Shown: positions 45,327-54,675 of the stretch, in pieces
Numbering within the stretch: the stretch's first letter is position 1
How the letters are laid out: each line of letters opens with the position of its first letter
Assembly (NCBI GenBank): GCA_036502045.1
Contig: DASXZG010000081.1
Span: 22,599 to 86,598 of the forward strand
Direction of reading: 5' to 3'
DNA: 64,000 bases
Origin: Caulobacteraceae bacterium
GTDB taxonomy: Bacteria; Pseudomonadota; Alphaproteobacteria; Caulobacterales; Caulobacteraceae
Notes under the pieces: model-generated
Told to the model about the DNA's origin: nothing
The model's input: only the letters and a program-made list of their open reading frames with translations
Databases searched by the model: none
Translations under genes and position numbers: made by a program

Positions 45327-47464
45327 CCGAACAGAAACACGGCAAAGGCCGGCGGCGGGCTGATCCAGCGCTCAAGAAGGCGCCAGCCCGCCCGCCGCGC
45401 CATGCCGGTCACATCCTCCACCGTGAACTTGTAGGAGTTCTCGGTGTGCAGGGTTTCGCCAGCGGCGAATGCGAACGAGCGTCCGGCGATGTGAGCCGTC
45501 TGTTCCCGTCGGCTCACCAGATGCATTTCGATGCGGCTGTCGACGGCGTTCCAGCGCGCCGCGTGCGTGAAGGCGCTGAGCTCGAAGTCCGCGCCCAATT
45601 CGCGGTTCATGCGCGCCAGCAGGTTCAGATTGAACGCCGCGGTCACGCCCGCGGCGTCATCGTAAGCGGCGGTGAGCACCGAGGTTTCCTTCACCAGGTC
45701 GGCGCCCAGCAGGAACAGTCCGCCCTCGCCCATCAAAGCCCGCGCCTCGGCGAGCAGCCGCACCGCGGCGTCCGGGTCGAAGTTGCCGATCGTCGAGCCA
45801 GGGAAGAAGCCCACACGAGGTCGCCCGGCGGCCACCGATGGCGGCGCGCCGGGCTGGGTGAAGTCGCGCGCCAGCGGCTCGACCGACAGCTGCGGATAGT
45901 CACGGCGGATCGTGGCCGCCGCCGCTTCCAGCGCCTCGGCGCTGATATCGATGGGCGCGTAGGCGGCGATCTGCGGCGCGGCGTCGAGCAGAAAGCGCGT
46001 CTTGGCGCTGGCGCCGCTGCCATACTCGATCAGCGCCGCGTTCGCCGGGATGCGAGCGGCAATCTCCGGTGCGATCCGCTGCAGCAGCGCCGTCTCGGTG
46101 CGGGTCGGATAGTACTCCGGCAGCTCGCAGATCGCTTCGAACAGCTCAGAGCCGCGCGCGTCGTAGAACCACTTCGGCGGGATGGACTTGCGGCCGCGGC
46201 CGAGGCCCTCCAGGGCGTCGGCAAGGAATGCCGCTGTCTGGTCGCTGTCATCCCGCGCCGTCAGCGCCGGCGCATCTTCGGCCAGCCGCACCCCAGAGAA
46301 CATCCACCGTTGATGCGGGTAGAAGAAGTTGCGGTAGGTCGGCCGCGTGTGTCCGTGCGGGGTGATCGAAGCGCCGCCGCGCAGCGTCATCTGCCCCATC
46401 ATGAACTTGCCGTTGTACTCGCCCACCGCGCCCTTGGCCGGGGCGAAGCCCGGGTAGCCGAGGTAAGCGCTGGCGGTCCATTGCCAGGCGCAGTCGTAGA
46501 GCTGAGCGAACGCCTCCGGCCGGGCGCGCGTCGCGTGCTCCCACTCCACCTCAGTCGGCAACCGCTTGCCGGCCCAGGCCGCATAGGCGTCGGCCTCGTA
46601 GTAGCTGACGTGGGTCACCGGCGCGTCGAGATCGAGCGGCGCCAGACCCGCCAGCGTCATCTCCAGCCAGCCGTCATCGCCCTTGTCCCAATAAAGCGGG
46701 GCCTGCCAGCCCTCCTGACGCACCCGCGCCCAGCCATCGGACAGCCAGAAAACGGCGCGCTCGTAGCCGCCGTCATTGACGAAATCGAGCCATTCGCGAT
46801 TGGTCACCAGCCGGCTCGCCAGCCGATAGGGCCGCAGCATCGCCTGATGGACCGGGCCCTCGTTGTCGAATGCGAAGCCGACGTCGCTGGCGCCAATATC
46901 TACACACCCGCCCTCGAACGTCGCCCAGCCGGCGCCCGGAGCCTTCACCGGCTCATACCCGCGCCCATAGGCTGGCTTGAGCGGCGACTGGGCGAACAGG
47001 TGCAGCACGTCCATCAGGATCAGCTCTTGGTGCTGCTCCTCATGGGCCAGGCCCAGGGTGACCAGGAAAGCCACCTCGTCGGTGACCTCGCCGCCCAGCA
47101 AGCGCTCCATCGCCTCGTCGACATGCCGGCGGTAGCGATGCACCTCGTCGAGGCTGGGACGGGTGATCAGCCCACGCGCCGGCCGCGGATGCCGGGCGCC
47201 CACCGCCTCGTAGTACGAGTTGAACAGATAGCCGAAGGCCGGATCGAACGGGCGATAGCCCGGCAAACTGGGGAGCAGCAGGAAGGTCTCGAAGAACCAG
47301 GTGACGTGAGCCAGATGCCACTTGGTGGGGCTGCAGTCGGGCATCGACTGGGCCTGCTGGTCCTCGGCGCCCAGCGGCCGGGCGCGGGCGACGCTGGCGG
47401 CCCGCACCGCGCGATAGCGATCGGCAAGCGCATCGGCGGCGCGGGTTTCCTGTCTCAGTTGCAT
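45323..47464 (-). CDS. egtB: Fused ergothioneine biosynthesis protein: EgtB sulfoxide synthase (N-terminal) plus EgtD histidine N-alpha-methyltransferase (C-terminal)
   Basis: EgtB: QSMPDCSPTKWHLAH, FNSYY, HEEQHQE, FGE-sulfatase-like domain (EYNGKFM, RNFF). EgtD: PKWFYD.RGS.LFE.IC.LPEYYPTRTE, YGSG, GSTIGN, AYDDAAGVTAAFNLN, TENSYKF. No stop between the halves. Confidence 0.93.
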   Translation of the reverse strand: MQLRQETRAADALADRYRAVRAASVARARPLGAEDQQAQSMPDCSPTKWHLAHVTWFFETFLLLPSLPGYRPFDPAFGYLFNSYYEAVGARHPRPARGLITRPSLDEVHRYRRHVDEAMERLLGGEVTDEVAFLVTLGLAHEEQHQELILMDVLHLFAQSPLKPAYGRGYEPVKAPGAGWATFEGGCVDIGASDVGFAFDNEGPVHQAMLRPYRLASRLVTNREWLDFVNDGGYERAVFWLSDGWARVRQEGWQAPLYWDKGDDGWLEMTLAGLAPLDLDAPVTHVSYYEADAYAAWAGKRLPTEVEWEHATRARPEAFAQLYDCAWQWTASAYLGYPGFAPAKGAVGEYNGKFMMGQMTLRGGASITPHGHTRPTYRNFFYPHQRWMFSGVRLAEDAPALTARDDSDQTAAFLADALEGLGRGRKSIPPKWFYDARGSELFEAICELPEYYPTRTETALLQRIAPEIAARIPANAALIEYGSGASAKTRFLLDAAPQIAAYAPIDISAEALEAAAATIRRDYPQLSVEPLARDFTQPGAPPSVAAGRPRVGFFPGSTIGNFDPDAAVRLLAEARALMGEGGLFLLGADLVKETSVLTAAYDDAAGVTAAFNLNLLARMNRELGADFELSAFTHAARWNAVDSRIEMHLVSRREQTAHIAGRSFAFAAGETLHTENSYKFTVEDVTGMARRAGWRLLERWISPPPAFAVFLFG

Positions 47465-47535
47465 GGGACGGGCTCCAGCGGGCGACCTGAAGATGAAGCG
47501 GCGCCGGCCACCCTCAACCAGCGCAGAACCACTCG

Positions 47536-47561
47536 AACAGCGAGCCGTCGGCATATGTTCC
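47536..47561 (-). promoter_or_regulatory. Possible EcfG/SigT promoter of the egtB-egtD fusion
   Basis: The minus strand reads GGAAC-N17-TGTT, about 70 bp upstream of the ATG. Confidence 0.4.
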
Positions 47562-47633
47562 CCGCCCGCACCCGAATTTGGCAGCAAGGAAACACCGGCG
47601 CAGGCCTGAAGTGGGTAGCCGCAGCCCCGCGCG

Positions 47634-48281
47634 TCAAGCTGCGCCGGACAACTCCGGCGCGTACACCATCAGAAAGACATCCACAGAGTCGGCGACGTGG
47701 GCCCGCAACTCGGCGTCGGTCAGCCCGTCCAGCACGCCCCACATGCGCCGCAGGTAGAGATCTGAGAGCACCAGGTCCTTGAGTCGCTGCCCGACGGCCT
47801 GCGGATCTCCGGCCGGGAAGCGACCGGCGGCCATGGCGTCGACGAAATAGCCGGTGAAGCGCGCCTCGCCCTTCGCCGGACCGGCTTCGTAGAACATCCG
47901 CCCGATCTCGGGGAAGCGCGGGATCTCCGACAGCACCAGGCGGTGCATGGCCATGAAATCGTCGGTCATCAGGAACTGCATCAGCGTCAGGCCGATATCG
48001 ATCAGGCTGTCGCGCACGCTGCGGCCCTGGCCGATGGGCGGGATGCTGCGGAACGCCGTGGCGAGCCTGTCGCAGGTCTCGGTCATGAAGGCGCTGAACA
48101 GCTCCTCCTTGGAGCGGAAGTAGTTGTAGAGCGTGCCCTTGGAGCCGCCGACGCGGGCGGCGATTTCCGACATCGATGCGGCAGCGTAGCCCTGGCTGAG
48201 AAACACCTGGCGCGCCACCTCGACGATGGCGCGGCGTTTGGCGTCAGCTCGGGCGCTCTCGGTGGGCGTTTCGATCGTCAT
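47634..48281 (-). CDS. TetR/AcrR-family regulator of the efflux operon
   Basis: IVEVARQVF..QGYAAASMSEIAARVGGSKGTLYNYFRSKEELF; divergent from the pump genes. Confidence 0.94.
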   Translation of the reverse strand: MTIETPTESARADAKRRAIVEVARQVFLSQGYAAASMSEIAARVGGSKGTLYNYFRSKEELFSAFMTETCDRLATAFRSIPPIGQGRSVRDSLIDIGLTLMQFLMTDDFMAMHRLVLSEIPRFPEIGRMFYEAGPAKGEARFTGYFVDAMAAGRFPAGDPQAVGQRLKDLVLSDLYLRRMWGVLDGLTDAELRAHVADSVDVFLMVYAPELSGAA

Positions 48282-48290
48282 TAGTTTTTC

Positions 48291-48366
48291 TCTGACCGTA
48301 CCGTACGGTTTTTAGCTTGACGAATTGCGAATGTCCACCGCAATATGACCGTACGGTACGGTCAGA
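48291..48366. promoter_or_regulatory. Pair of TetR operators flanking a sigma70-type promoter
   Basis: Perfect 19-bp inverted repeat 48291-48309 / 48348-48366. Core palindrome TGACCGTAC-G-GTACGGTCA at 48346-48364 and a 17/19 copy at 48293-48311; TTGACG -35 at 48317-48322. Confidence 0.85.
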
Positions 48367-48398
48367 TCAAGCTGCTGCCGACGACGAGGGACAAGCCG

Positions 48399-49847
48399 AT
48401 GGCACAGCAACACCTTGCAAAGGCAGGACGCCTGGGCGTGTCGCTGATGGCCGGGGCCGCCGTCGCCGGCCTGGCTGCCTGCGCCGTCCCGAACACGGGC
48501 GCGAAGCCGCAGCTGAACGCCATCGCCAGCTACCAGACCGACCAGAGCTTCGCTGCGCCCGCCGCCGACTGGCCGAGCGACCGCTGGTGGGAAGCCTACA
48601 ACGATCCACAGCTCAGCGGCCTGATCGACGAGGCGCTGAAATCCTCCCCCACCCTCGCCCAGGCCGAGGCGCGGCTGACGTCGGCGGCCGCCGCCAGCGG
48701 CGTGGCCCGCGCCGCCACCCTGCCCACCCTCGATGGTCAAGGCACTGTGTCTGAGACCGAATCCAGCCTCGTGGAGGGCTTCCCGCCCTTCATCCAGGAA
48801 CTGCTGCCGCGCGGCTACATCGACAACGGCCGTCTGGCGCTGGACGCCTCCTACGACCTCGACCTGTTCGGCAAGAACCGCGCGGCGCTGGCCGCCGCCG
48901 TCTCCGAGCAGCAGGCCACCGCCGCCGACCTCGCCGAGGCGCGGCTGACGCTCTCCACAGCCATCGCGCAGGCCTACGCCGATCTCGCTCGCTACGGCGC
49001 GGAGCGCGACGCCGCCGCCGAGGCGGTGCGCAATCGCCAGCAGACCGCGCAGCTCACAGCCGAGCGGGTGCGGAACGGCCTCGACACCCAGGGCGAGCTG
49101 AAGCAGGCCGAAGCCGCGACGCCCGCTTCCCAGGCCGACGTCGACTCGCTGGACGAACAGATCTTGCTGACCCGCCACCGCCTGGCGGCGCTGCTGGGCG
49201 AAGGCCCTGACCGCGGTCTCGCCATCCAGCTCCCCAAGGCCGAGACGGTGAAGGCCTTCGGCTTGCCGGCGGACCTGCGTCTGCATCTGCTCGGGCGCCG
49301 GCCTGACATCGTCGCGGCCCGGCTGCGCGCCCAGGCCGCGGCCAAGCGCATCGATCAGGCCAAGGCGCAGTTCTATCCCGACATCGTGCTCAACGCCTAC
49401 GTCGGCCAGCAATCGCTCGGCATCGCTCAGCTGGTGAACCCGGCTGCCGCGATCGGCTCGATCGGGCCGACGCTGACCCTGCCGATCTTCGAGGGCGGGC
49501 GTCTGCGGGCTCAATACCGCGGCGCGGCCGCCGACTACGCCGCCGCCGTCGACGCCTACAACGCCACGCTGACCCAGGCGCTGCAGGATGTGGCCGACGC
49601 CGCCGCCAGCGCCCAGTCCGCCCAGAAACAGCTCGCCGACCGCAAGGCGGCGCTCGACGCCGGCGAGAAGGCCTACGCCGTCGCCCAGGAACGCTTCCAG
49701 GGCGGCCTCTCCGCTTACGTTTCCGTCCTCACCGCTGAAAACGCGGTAATCGACGAGCGCCGCGCCTATGCTGACGCTCAGGCGCGCGCCTTCACCTTAG
49801 ACATCACGCTGGTCCGCGCCCTGGGCGGCGGATACGTCAGCGCCTGA
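48399..49847 (+). CDS. NodT/OprM-family outer membrane efflux lipoprotein
   Basis: Lipobox GLAAC, WWEAYNDPQL, LLGRRPDIVAA, LVRALGGG. Confidence 0.93.
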   Translation: MAQQHLAKAGRLGVSLMAGAAVAGLAACAVPNTGAKPQLNAIASYQTDQSFAAPAADWPSDRWWEAYNDPQLSGLIDEALKSSPTLAQAEARLTSAAAASGVARAATLPTLDGQGTVSETESSLVEGFPPFIQELLPRGYIDNGRLALDASYDLDLFGKNRAALAAAVSEQQATAADLAEARLTLSTAIAQAYADLARYGAERDAAAEAVRNRQQTAQLTAERVRNGLDTQGELKQAEAATPASQADVDSLDEQILLTRHRLAALLGEGPDRGLAIQLPKAETVKAFGLPADLRLHLLGRRPDIVAARLRAQAAAKRIDQAKAQFYPDIVLNAYVGQQSLGIAQLVNPAAAIGSIGPTLTLPIFEGGRLRAQYRGAAADYAAAVDAYNATLTQALQDVADAAASAQSAQKQLADRKAALDAGEKAYAVAQERFQGGLSAYVSVLTAENAVIDERRAYADAQARAFTLDITLVRALGGGYVSA

Positions 49848-49869
49848 GCCTTCGAGGGACACTCAGCCA

Positions 49870-51057
49870 ATGGATGCTCGCTCCGATACCCCCGCCGGCG
49901 CGCCGCCGGTCACTCACGCGCCTGACCATGTCGGCCAGCGGCCTCCGCATGCGCCGACGCCGCCCCGGCAGGGCCTGACCCGCCAGCGCCTGTTTCTGGG
50001 CCTGGGCGCGGTCGTGCTGATCGCCGCCATCGCGGTCGGCCTGGAATGGCTGGTGGTCGGCTCGCACCACGAGACCACCGACGACGCCTACGTGAACGCC
50101 GACGTCGCCGACGTGACCCCCCTGGTCGGCGGCCAGATCATCTCCGCGCCGGCCAGCGACACAATGCCGGTGAAAGCCGGCGACGTGCTGGCGGTGATCG
50201 ACCCCTCTGATTTCAAGCTGGCATTGGCGCAGGACGAAGCGGCCCTGGACCAGGCCAAGCGACAGATCACCGGCGCGTTCGCTCAGCGGGACGCCGCCGC
50301 GGCGATGACCACCGCCAAAGGCGCCGACGTCACCCATGCCGAGGCGCAGGTGACCAGCGCCGAAGCCGACCTCGACAAGGCCCGCACCGACCTCGCCCGC
50401 CGCCAGGCATTGGCCGGCGACGGCGCTGTGTCGGGCGACGAACTGACCGCGGCGCAGGACAAGCTGCGCGATGAAGAGGCCGACGTCGCCGCCGCCAAGG
50501 CCGCGCTTGCGGAAGCGCAGGCCAACCAGGTGTCCGCCGCCGGTCAGGCCCGCGTCGCCGACGCGGTGGTCGCTGGCGCCGACGTCAACACCAATCCGCA
50601 GGTGGCGGCCGCCGAGGCCAAGGTCGCACAGGCCCAGCTCGACCTGGCTCGCACCGTCATTCGGGCGCCCATCGACGGCGTGGTCGCCAAGAACAACGTC
50701 GAAGTCGGCCAGCGCGTCGAAACCGGCGCTCAGCTGATGACCGTGGTGCCCATCCAGGCCGCCTACGTCGACGCCAACTTCAAGGAAAGCCAGCTGCGCA
50801 AGATGCATCTTGGCCAGGCGGTGACGCTGACCAGCGACCTCTACGGCGGCGCCGTGAAGTTCCACGGCAAGATCGCTGGTCTCGCCGGCGGCACGGGTTC
50901 CGCCTTCGCGGTGATCCCGGCCCAGAACGCCACCGGTAACTGGATCAAGATCGTCCAGCGCCTGCCGGTGCGCATCGCCCTCGACCCCGCCGAGCTGCGC
51001 CAGCACCCGCTGCGCGTCGGCCTCTCGATGACCGTCGACGTCGACACGGCGCAGTAG
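49870..51057 (+). CDS. emrA: EmrA/HlyD-family membrane fusion protein
   Basis: TDDAYV, lipoyl/coiled-coil halves, VDANFKESQL, PAQNATGNWIKIVQRLPVRI. Confidence 0.92.
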   Translation: MDARSDTPAGAPPVTHAPDHVGQRPPHAPTPPRQGLTRQRLFLGLGAVVLIAAIAVGLEWLVVGSHHETTDDAYVNADVADVTPLVGGQIISAPASDTMPVKAGDVLAVIDPSDFKLALAQDEAALDQAKRQITGAFAQRDAAAAMTTAKGADVTHAEAQVTSAEADLDKARTDLARRQALAGDGAVSGDELTAAQDKLRDEEADVAAAKAALAEAQANQVSAAGQARVADAVVAGADVNTNPQVAAAEAKVAQAQLDLARTVIRAPIDGVVAKNNVEVGQRVETGAQLMTVVPIQAAYVDANFKESQLRKMHLGQAVTLTSDLYGGAVKFHGKIAGLAGGTGSAFAVIPAQNATGNWIKIVQRLPVRIALDPAELRQHPLRVGLSMTVDVDTAQ

Positions 51058-51059
51058 CC

Positions 51060-52604
51060 ATGGCCGCGACCTACGCCATTGGCGAGCAGCCGGCGCCGCT
51101 GAAAGGCTCGGCGCTGCTGCTGGCCGGCTTCCTGCTGGCGCTGGGCAACTTCATGGTTGTGCTCGACATGACCATCGCCAACGTCTCGGTGCCCAACATC
51201 GCCGGGGGCCTGGCGGTTTCGCCCAGCCAGGGCACCTGGGTGATCACGTCGTACTCGGTGGCCGAGGCCATCGTGGTGCCGCTCACCGGCTGGCTCGCCG
51301 GCCGTTTCGGGGCGGTGCGCGTGTTCACCTTCGGCATCATCGGCTTCGGCATTTGCTCGGCGCTCTGCGGGCTTGCGCCCTCGCTCGGCTTCCTGGTGCT
51401 GTTCCGGGTGATGCAGGGCCTCTGCGGCGGCCCGATCATGCCGATGTCGCAGACGCTGATGATGCGCATCTTCCCGCCGCAGCAACGCGGCCAGGCCATG
51501 GGCCTATGGTCGATGACCACGGTGGTCGCGCCGATCGCGGGGCCGATCCTGGGCGGGGTGCTGTGCGACGCCGCCGGCTGGCCTTGGGTGTTCTACATCA
51601 ACGTGCCGGTCGCCATCGCCGTGGCGATGTTCGCCGGCCGCATGCTCTCGCACCACGAGACGGCGCTGGAGACCCGCCGCATCGACTTCACCGGCCTTGG
51701 GCTGCTGATCCTGTTCGTCGGCGCGCTGCAGGTGATGCTCGACAAGGGCAAGGAGCTCGACTGGTTCAGCTCGCCGATCATCATCGGCCTCGCCGTGGTG
51801 GCGGTGGTCGGCTTCGCCGCGTTCCTGATCTGGGAGCTGACCGACGACGCGCCGATCGTCGACCTGCGCATCTTCCGCCACCGAGGGTTCACCGGCGCGG
51901 TGATCACGCTCGCCGTGGCCTACGGCGCCTTCTTCGGCAGCATCGTGCTGGCCCCCCTCTGGCTGCAGACCAACATGGGCTACACGGCCAGCTGGGCCGG
52001 TTACACCACGGCGTTCAGCGGCGTGCTGGCCGTGGTGTTCTCGCCCATCGTGGCGCGGCTGGTGGGCAAGATCGACGCGCGCATCCTGGTCAGCATCGGC
52101 GTGCTCGGCTTCGGCGCCGTCGCCTTCGTGCGCGCTCAGTTCGCCAGCAACATCGACTATCCGACCATCTGCCTGACCTACCTGGTGCAGGGCCTGGCGA
52201 CGCCGTTCTTCTTCGTGCCGACGACCCAGATCGCGCTCTCGTCGGTGCTGCCGCAGGAGACCGCCTACGCCGCCGGCCTCTCCAACTTCCTGCGCACCAC
52301 GGCGGCGGCGTTCTCCGCCTCGCTGATCACCACCTTCTGGGACAGCGCCGCCAGCCGCAACCACGCCGACATCGCCGGCGCGCTCAACGATCCAACTCAG
52401 GTGCAGACCACCCTCACCCACGCCGGCCTCACCCACCCTCAGGCGCTGGCCCAGCTCGACTTCATCACCCAGAGCCAGGCGGTGATGCTGGCCACCGACC
52501 AGATGTTCTACCTGGTCGCCGCCGCGTTCCTGCTCGCCGCCGGCGTGGTCTGGCTGGCGCCCAAGCCGAAGCTCGGCGGGGCGCCGGCTGGCGGGGGGCA
52601 CTAG
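51060..52604 (+). CDS. emrB: DHA2-family (14-TMS) MFS efflux permease
   Basis: LDMTIANVSVP, WVITSYSVAEAI, GPILGG..W.WVFYINVP, DKG..LDWF.S. Confidence 0.93.
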   Translation: MAATYAIGEQPAPLKGSALLLAGFLLALGNFMVVLDMTIANVSVPNIAGGLAVSPSQGTWVITSYSVAEAIVVPLTGWLAGRFGAVRVFTFGIIGFGICSALCGLAPSLGFLVLFRVMQGLCGGPIMPMSQTLMMRIFPPQQRGQAMGLWSMTTVVAPIAGPILGGVLCDAAGWPWVFYINVPVAIAVAMFAGRMLSHHETALETRRIDFTGLGLLILFVGALQVMLDKGKELDWFSSPIIIGLAVVAVVGFAAFLIWELTDDAPIVDLRIFRHRGFTGAVITLAVAYGAFFGSIVLAPLWLQTNMGYTASWAGYTTAFSGVLAVVFSPIVARLVGKIDARILVSIGVLGFGAVAFVRAQFASNIDYPTICLTYLVQGLATPFFFVPTTQIALSSVLPQETAYAAGLSNFLRTTAAAFSASLITTFWDSAASRNHADIAGALNDPTQVQTTLTHAGLTHPQALAQLDFITQSQAVMLATDQMFYLVAAAFLLAAGVVWLAPKPKLGGAPAGGGH

Positions 52605-52611
52605 CTCCACA

Positions 52612-52732
52612 CTCCTCCCCCCGCTGGGGGAGGCGTCAGTCCGCGCCGCGGACTGACGGAGGGGGCAAGTCTGAGACTCCCCTGACATGCCCCCTCCGTC
52701 GCTTCGCGACACCTCCCCCTGCGGGGGAGGAG
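52612..52732. repeat. CIR/RIME-like palindromic intergenic element, copy A
   Basis: Terminal CTCCTCCCCC...GGGGGAGGAG arms, an inner perfect 13-bp stem (52655-52667 / 52688-52700), and GANTC (52675-52679) in the loop; between convergent genes. Confidence 0.85.
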
Positions 52733-52738
52733 ATTTCG

Positions 52739-53701
52739 CTACGGAATCAGCAGCACCCGGCCAACTGCTTGCCGGCTCTCGATGTAGGCATGCGCCGCCG
52801 CCGCTTCCGACAGCCGGAAGGTGCGGTCGATGACCACCTTCAGCTCGCCTCGCGCCGCCTCGTTGATCAGACGCTGGATGTTGTCGTGCGCCCGGTCGCC
52901 AGCGATTTCGGCCCCGAGAAACACGCCCTGCAGCGTGCGGTTACCGCCCATCAGACTGCCGACGTCGACCGTCATCGGCTCGCGTCCCGCGGCGCCCACC
53001 ATCGAAACCCGCCCGCGATAGCCCAGCGACAGGATCGAGCCCTGCAGCGTCGAGCCGCCGACGCTGTCGACCACCAGGTCGACGCCCTTCTTGTCGGTGA
53101 TCCGCATCACCTCTTCGACGACGCTGTGAGTGCGGTAGTTGATGCCGATGTCCATGCCCAGCGGCTTCAGCTTCTCCAGCCGCTCGTCGCTGGACGCCGT
53201 CGCCAGCACCCGCGCCCCGGCCCGCTTGGCCAGCTGGATCGCCGCCGTGCCGACGCCGCTCGCGCCTGCTTGCACCAGCACCGTCTCGCCGGCTTTCAGG
53301 TGACCGAATTCGAACAGGCAGTCGTCCGCCGTGCCGAACGCCACTGGCATCACCGACGCCAGCTTCACATCCCAGCCGTCGGGCACGATCCAGGCGCTGC
53401 GGGCCGGCACCGCGCGCAGCTCGGCGTGCGAGCCGAAGGCGTTGCTGGTGGCGACCTTCTGGCCGACCTTCAGATTGGTGACCTCAGACCCAACCTCGAC
53501 GATCTCACCCGCCGCCTGGTAGCCGACGATGTGCGGATGGGTGACCAGCGCGCCGCGGCCGCGGTTCAGCGTGTCGCCGCCCTCGATGCTCACCGCCTCG
53601 ACGCGGATAACGATGCCGCGCGGATGGCAGATCGGGTCAGGCACGTCCTCGTACTTCAGAACCTCGGGGGGACCGTTCTCGTAGTAGACCGCCGCCTTCA
53701 T
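52739..53701 (-). CDS. Zinc-independent MDR-family NADPH:quinone oxidoreductase
   Basis: MKAAVY...GPPEVL, VLVQAGASGVGTAAIQLAK, GVDLVVDSVGG, GRVLLIP. Confidence 0.9.
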   Translation of the reverse strand: MKAAVYYENGPPEVLKYEDVPDPICHPRGIVIRVEAVSIEGGDTLNRGRGALVTHPHIVGYQAAGEIVEVGSEVTNLKVGQKVATSNAFGSHAELRAVPARSAWIVPDGWDVKLASVMPVAFGTADDCLFEFGHLKAGETVLVQAGASGVGTAAIQLAKRAGARVLATASSDERLEKLKPLGMDIGINYRTHSVVEEVMRITDKKGVDLVVDSVGGSTLQGSILSLGYRGRVSMVGAAGREPMTVDVGSLMGGNRTLQGVFLGAEIAGDRAHDNIQRLINEAARGELKVVIDRTFRLSEAAAAHAYIESRQAVGRVLLIP

Positions 53702-53768
53702 GCTGGGGCTCCTTTTCATACGTCCGTTCGAGTGTCATGCAGGCAACGGGAACGCCAGGGAAAACGCC

Positions 53769-54464
53769 ATGCAGCTCGCCAAGCAACAGATCGACTTCGG
53801 GCTCTCGACCAACAACATCGAGCCGATGCTGGCGTTCTGGCAGAACGAGGTGGGCCTGCCCTTCGACCACCTGCTGAAGGTCCGCCGCGGCCACGACCAG
53901 CACCGGCACGACGCCAGGGGCTCGGTGATCAAGATCAACCACCCGCACGACCCGATCCCGGAGGGCCCGCCCAGCGGCTACCGCGAGCTCTACTTCGCCC
54001 GTGACGACATCACCGAGCCGACGCCGCTTGTCGATCCGGACGGCAACAAGGTGACGCTCGTGCCCATCGGCTGGCGCGGCATCGGCCAGATCGGCGTCCG
54101 GCTGGCGGTGCGCGATATCGCCGCTCACCGCAAGTTCTACACCGAGGCGCTGGGCCTGACGGAGGAGCCGTGGCCAGGCGGCGCGGCCTTCCGCGGCGGC
54201 CAGAGCCTGCTGATCGTCGAGCAGTCCGACGACGCGCCGGCGCCGGGCGCGCGTCCCGGCGGCAAGGGCTGGGGCTACATCACGTTCCAGATCTTCAAGG
54301 TCGACCAGGAGCACGCCTTCGTGCTGGCCCACGGCGGCGGCGAAGCCACCGCGCCGGTGACGCTGGGCACGACCGCGCGCATCTCCATGGTCAAAGACCC
54401 CGACGGCAACCGCATCGAGCTCTCACAACGCGCCTCGATCGTCGGCAGCCTGGAGCCGGGCTGA
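53769..54464 (+). CDS. VOC/glyoxalase-family protein (two beta-alpha-beta-beta-beta modules)
   Basis: IDFGLSTNNIEPMLAFW, QIGVRLAVRDIAAHRKFY, YITFQ, KDPDGNRIEL. Confidence 0.85.
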   Translation: MQLAKQQIDFGLSTNNIEPMLAFWQNEVGLPFDHLLKVRRGHDQHRHDARGSVIKINHPHDPIPEGPPSGYRELYFARDDITEPTPLVDPDGNKVTLVPIGWRGIGQIGVRLAVRDIAAHRKFYTEALGLTEEPWPGGAAFRGGQSLLIVEQSDDAPAPGARPGGKGWGYITFQIFKVDQEHAFVLAHGGGEATAPVTLGTTARISMVKDPDGNRIELSQRASIVGSLEPG

Positions 54465-54496
54465 ACTCAGTTTCGCGGACGGTTGGCCACTCGGTT

Positions 54497-54649
54497 CCTT
54501 CTCCCCCTTGCGGGAGAAGGTGTCGGCGGAGCCGACGGATGAGGGGTCGCACGGGCGGCGGTGATTGGCCTGCCCGACACCAACCTCAGCCGACTCGTCG
54601 ACCCCTCATCCGGCGCTGCGCGCCACCTTCTCCCGCAGGGGGAGAAGGG
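54497..54649. repeat. CIR/RIME-like palindromic intergenic element, copy B
   Basis: CCTTCTCCCCCTTGCGGGAGAAGG...CCTTCTCCCGCAGGGGGAGAAGG terminal hairpins, an inner 14-bp stem (54536-54549 / 54599-54612), and GANTC at 54592-54596; between convergent genes. Confidence 0.88.
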
Positions 54650-54675
54650 ACATTGTGAGAGGCGTTGTCGGCGCC

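Noticed and set aside
45323-47464. Selenoneine (SenA) or ovothiol (OvoA) synthase
   Set aside because: No senB/senC (selD) neighbours, and the fused methyltransferase carries EgtD motifs rather than OvoA-type ones.
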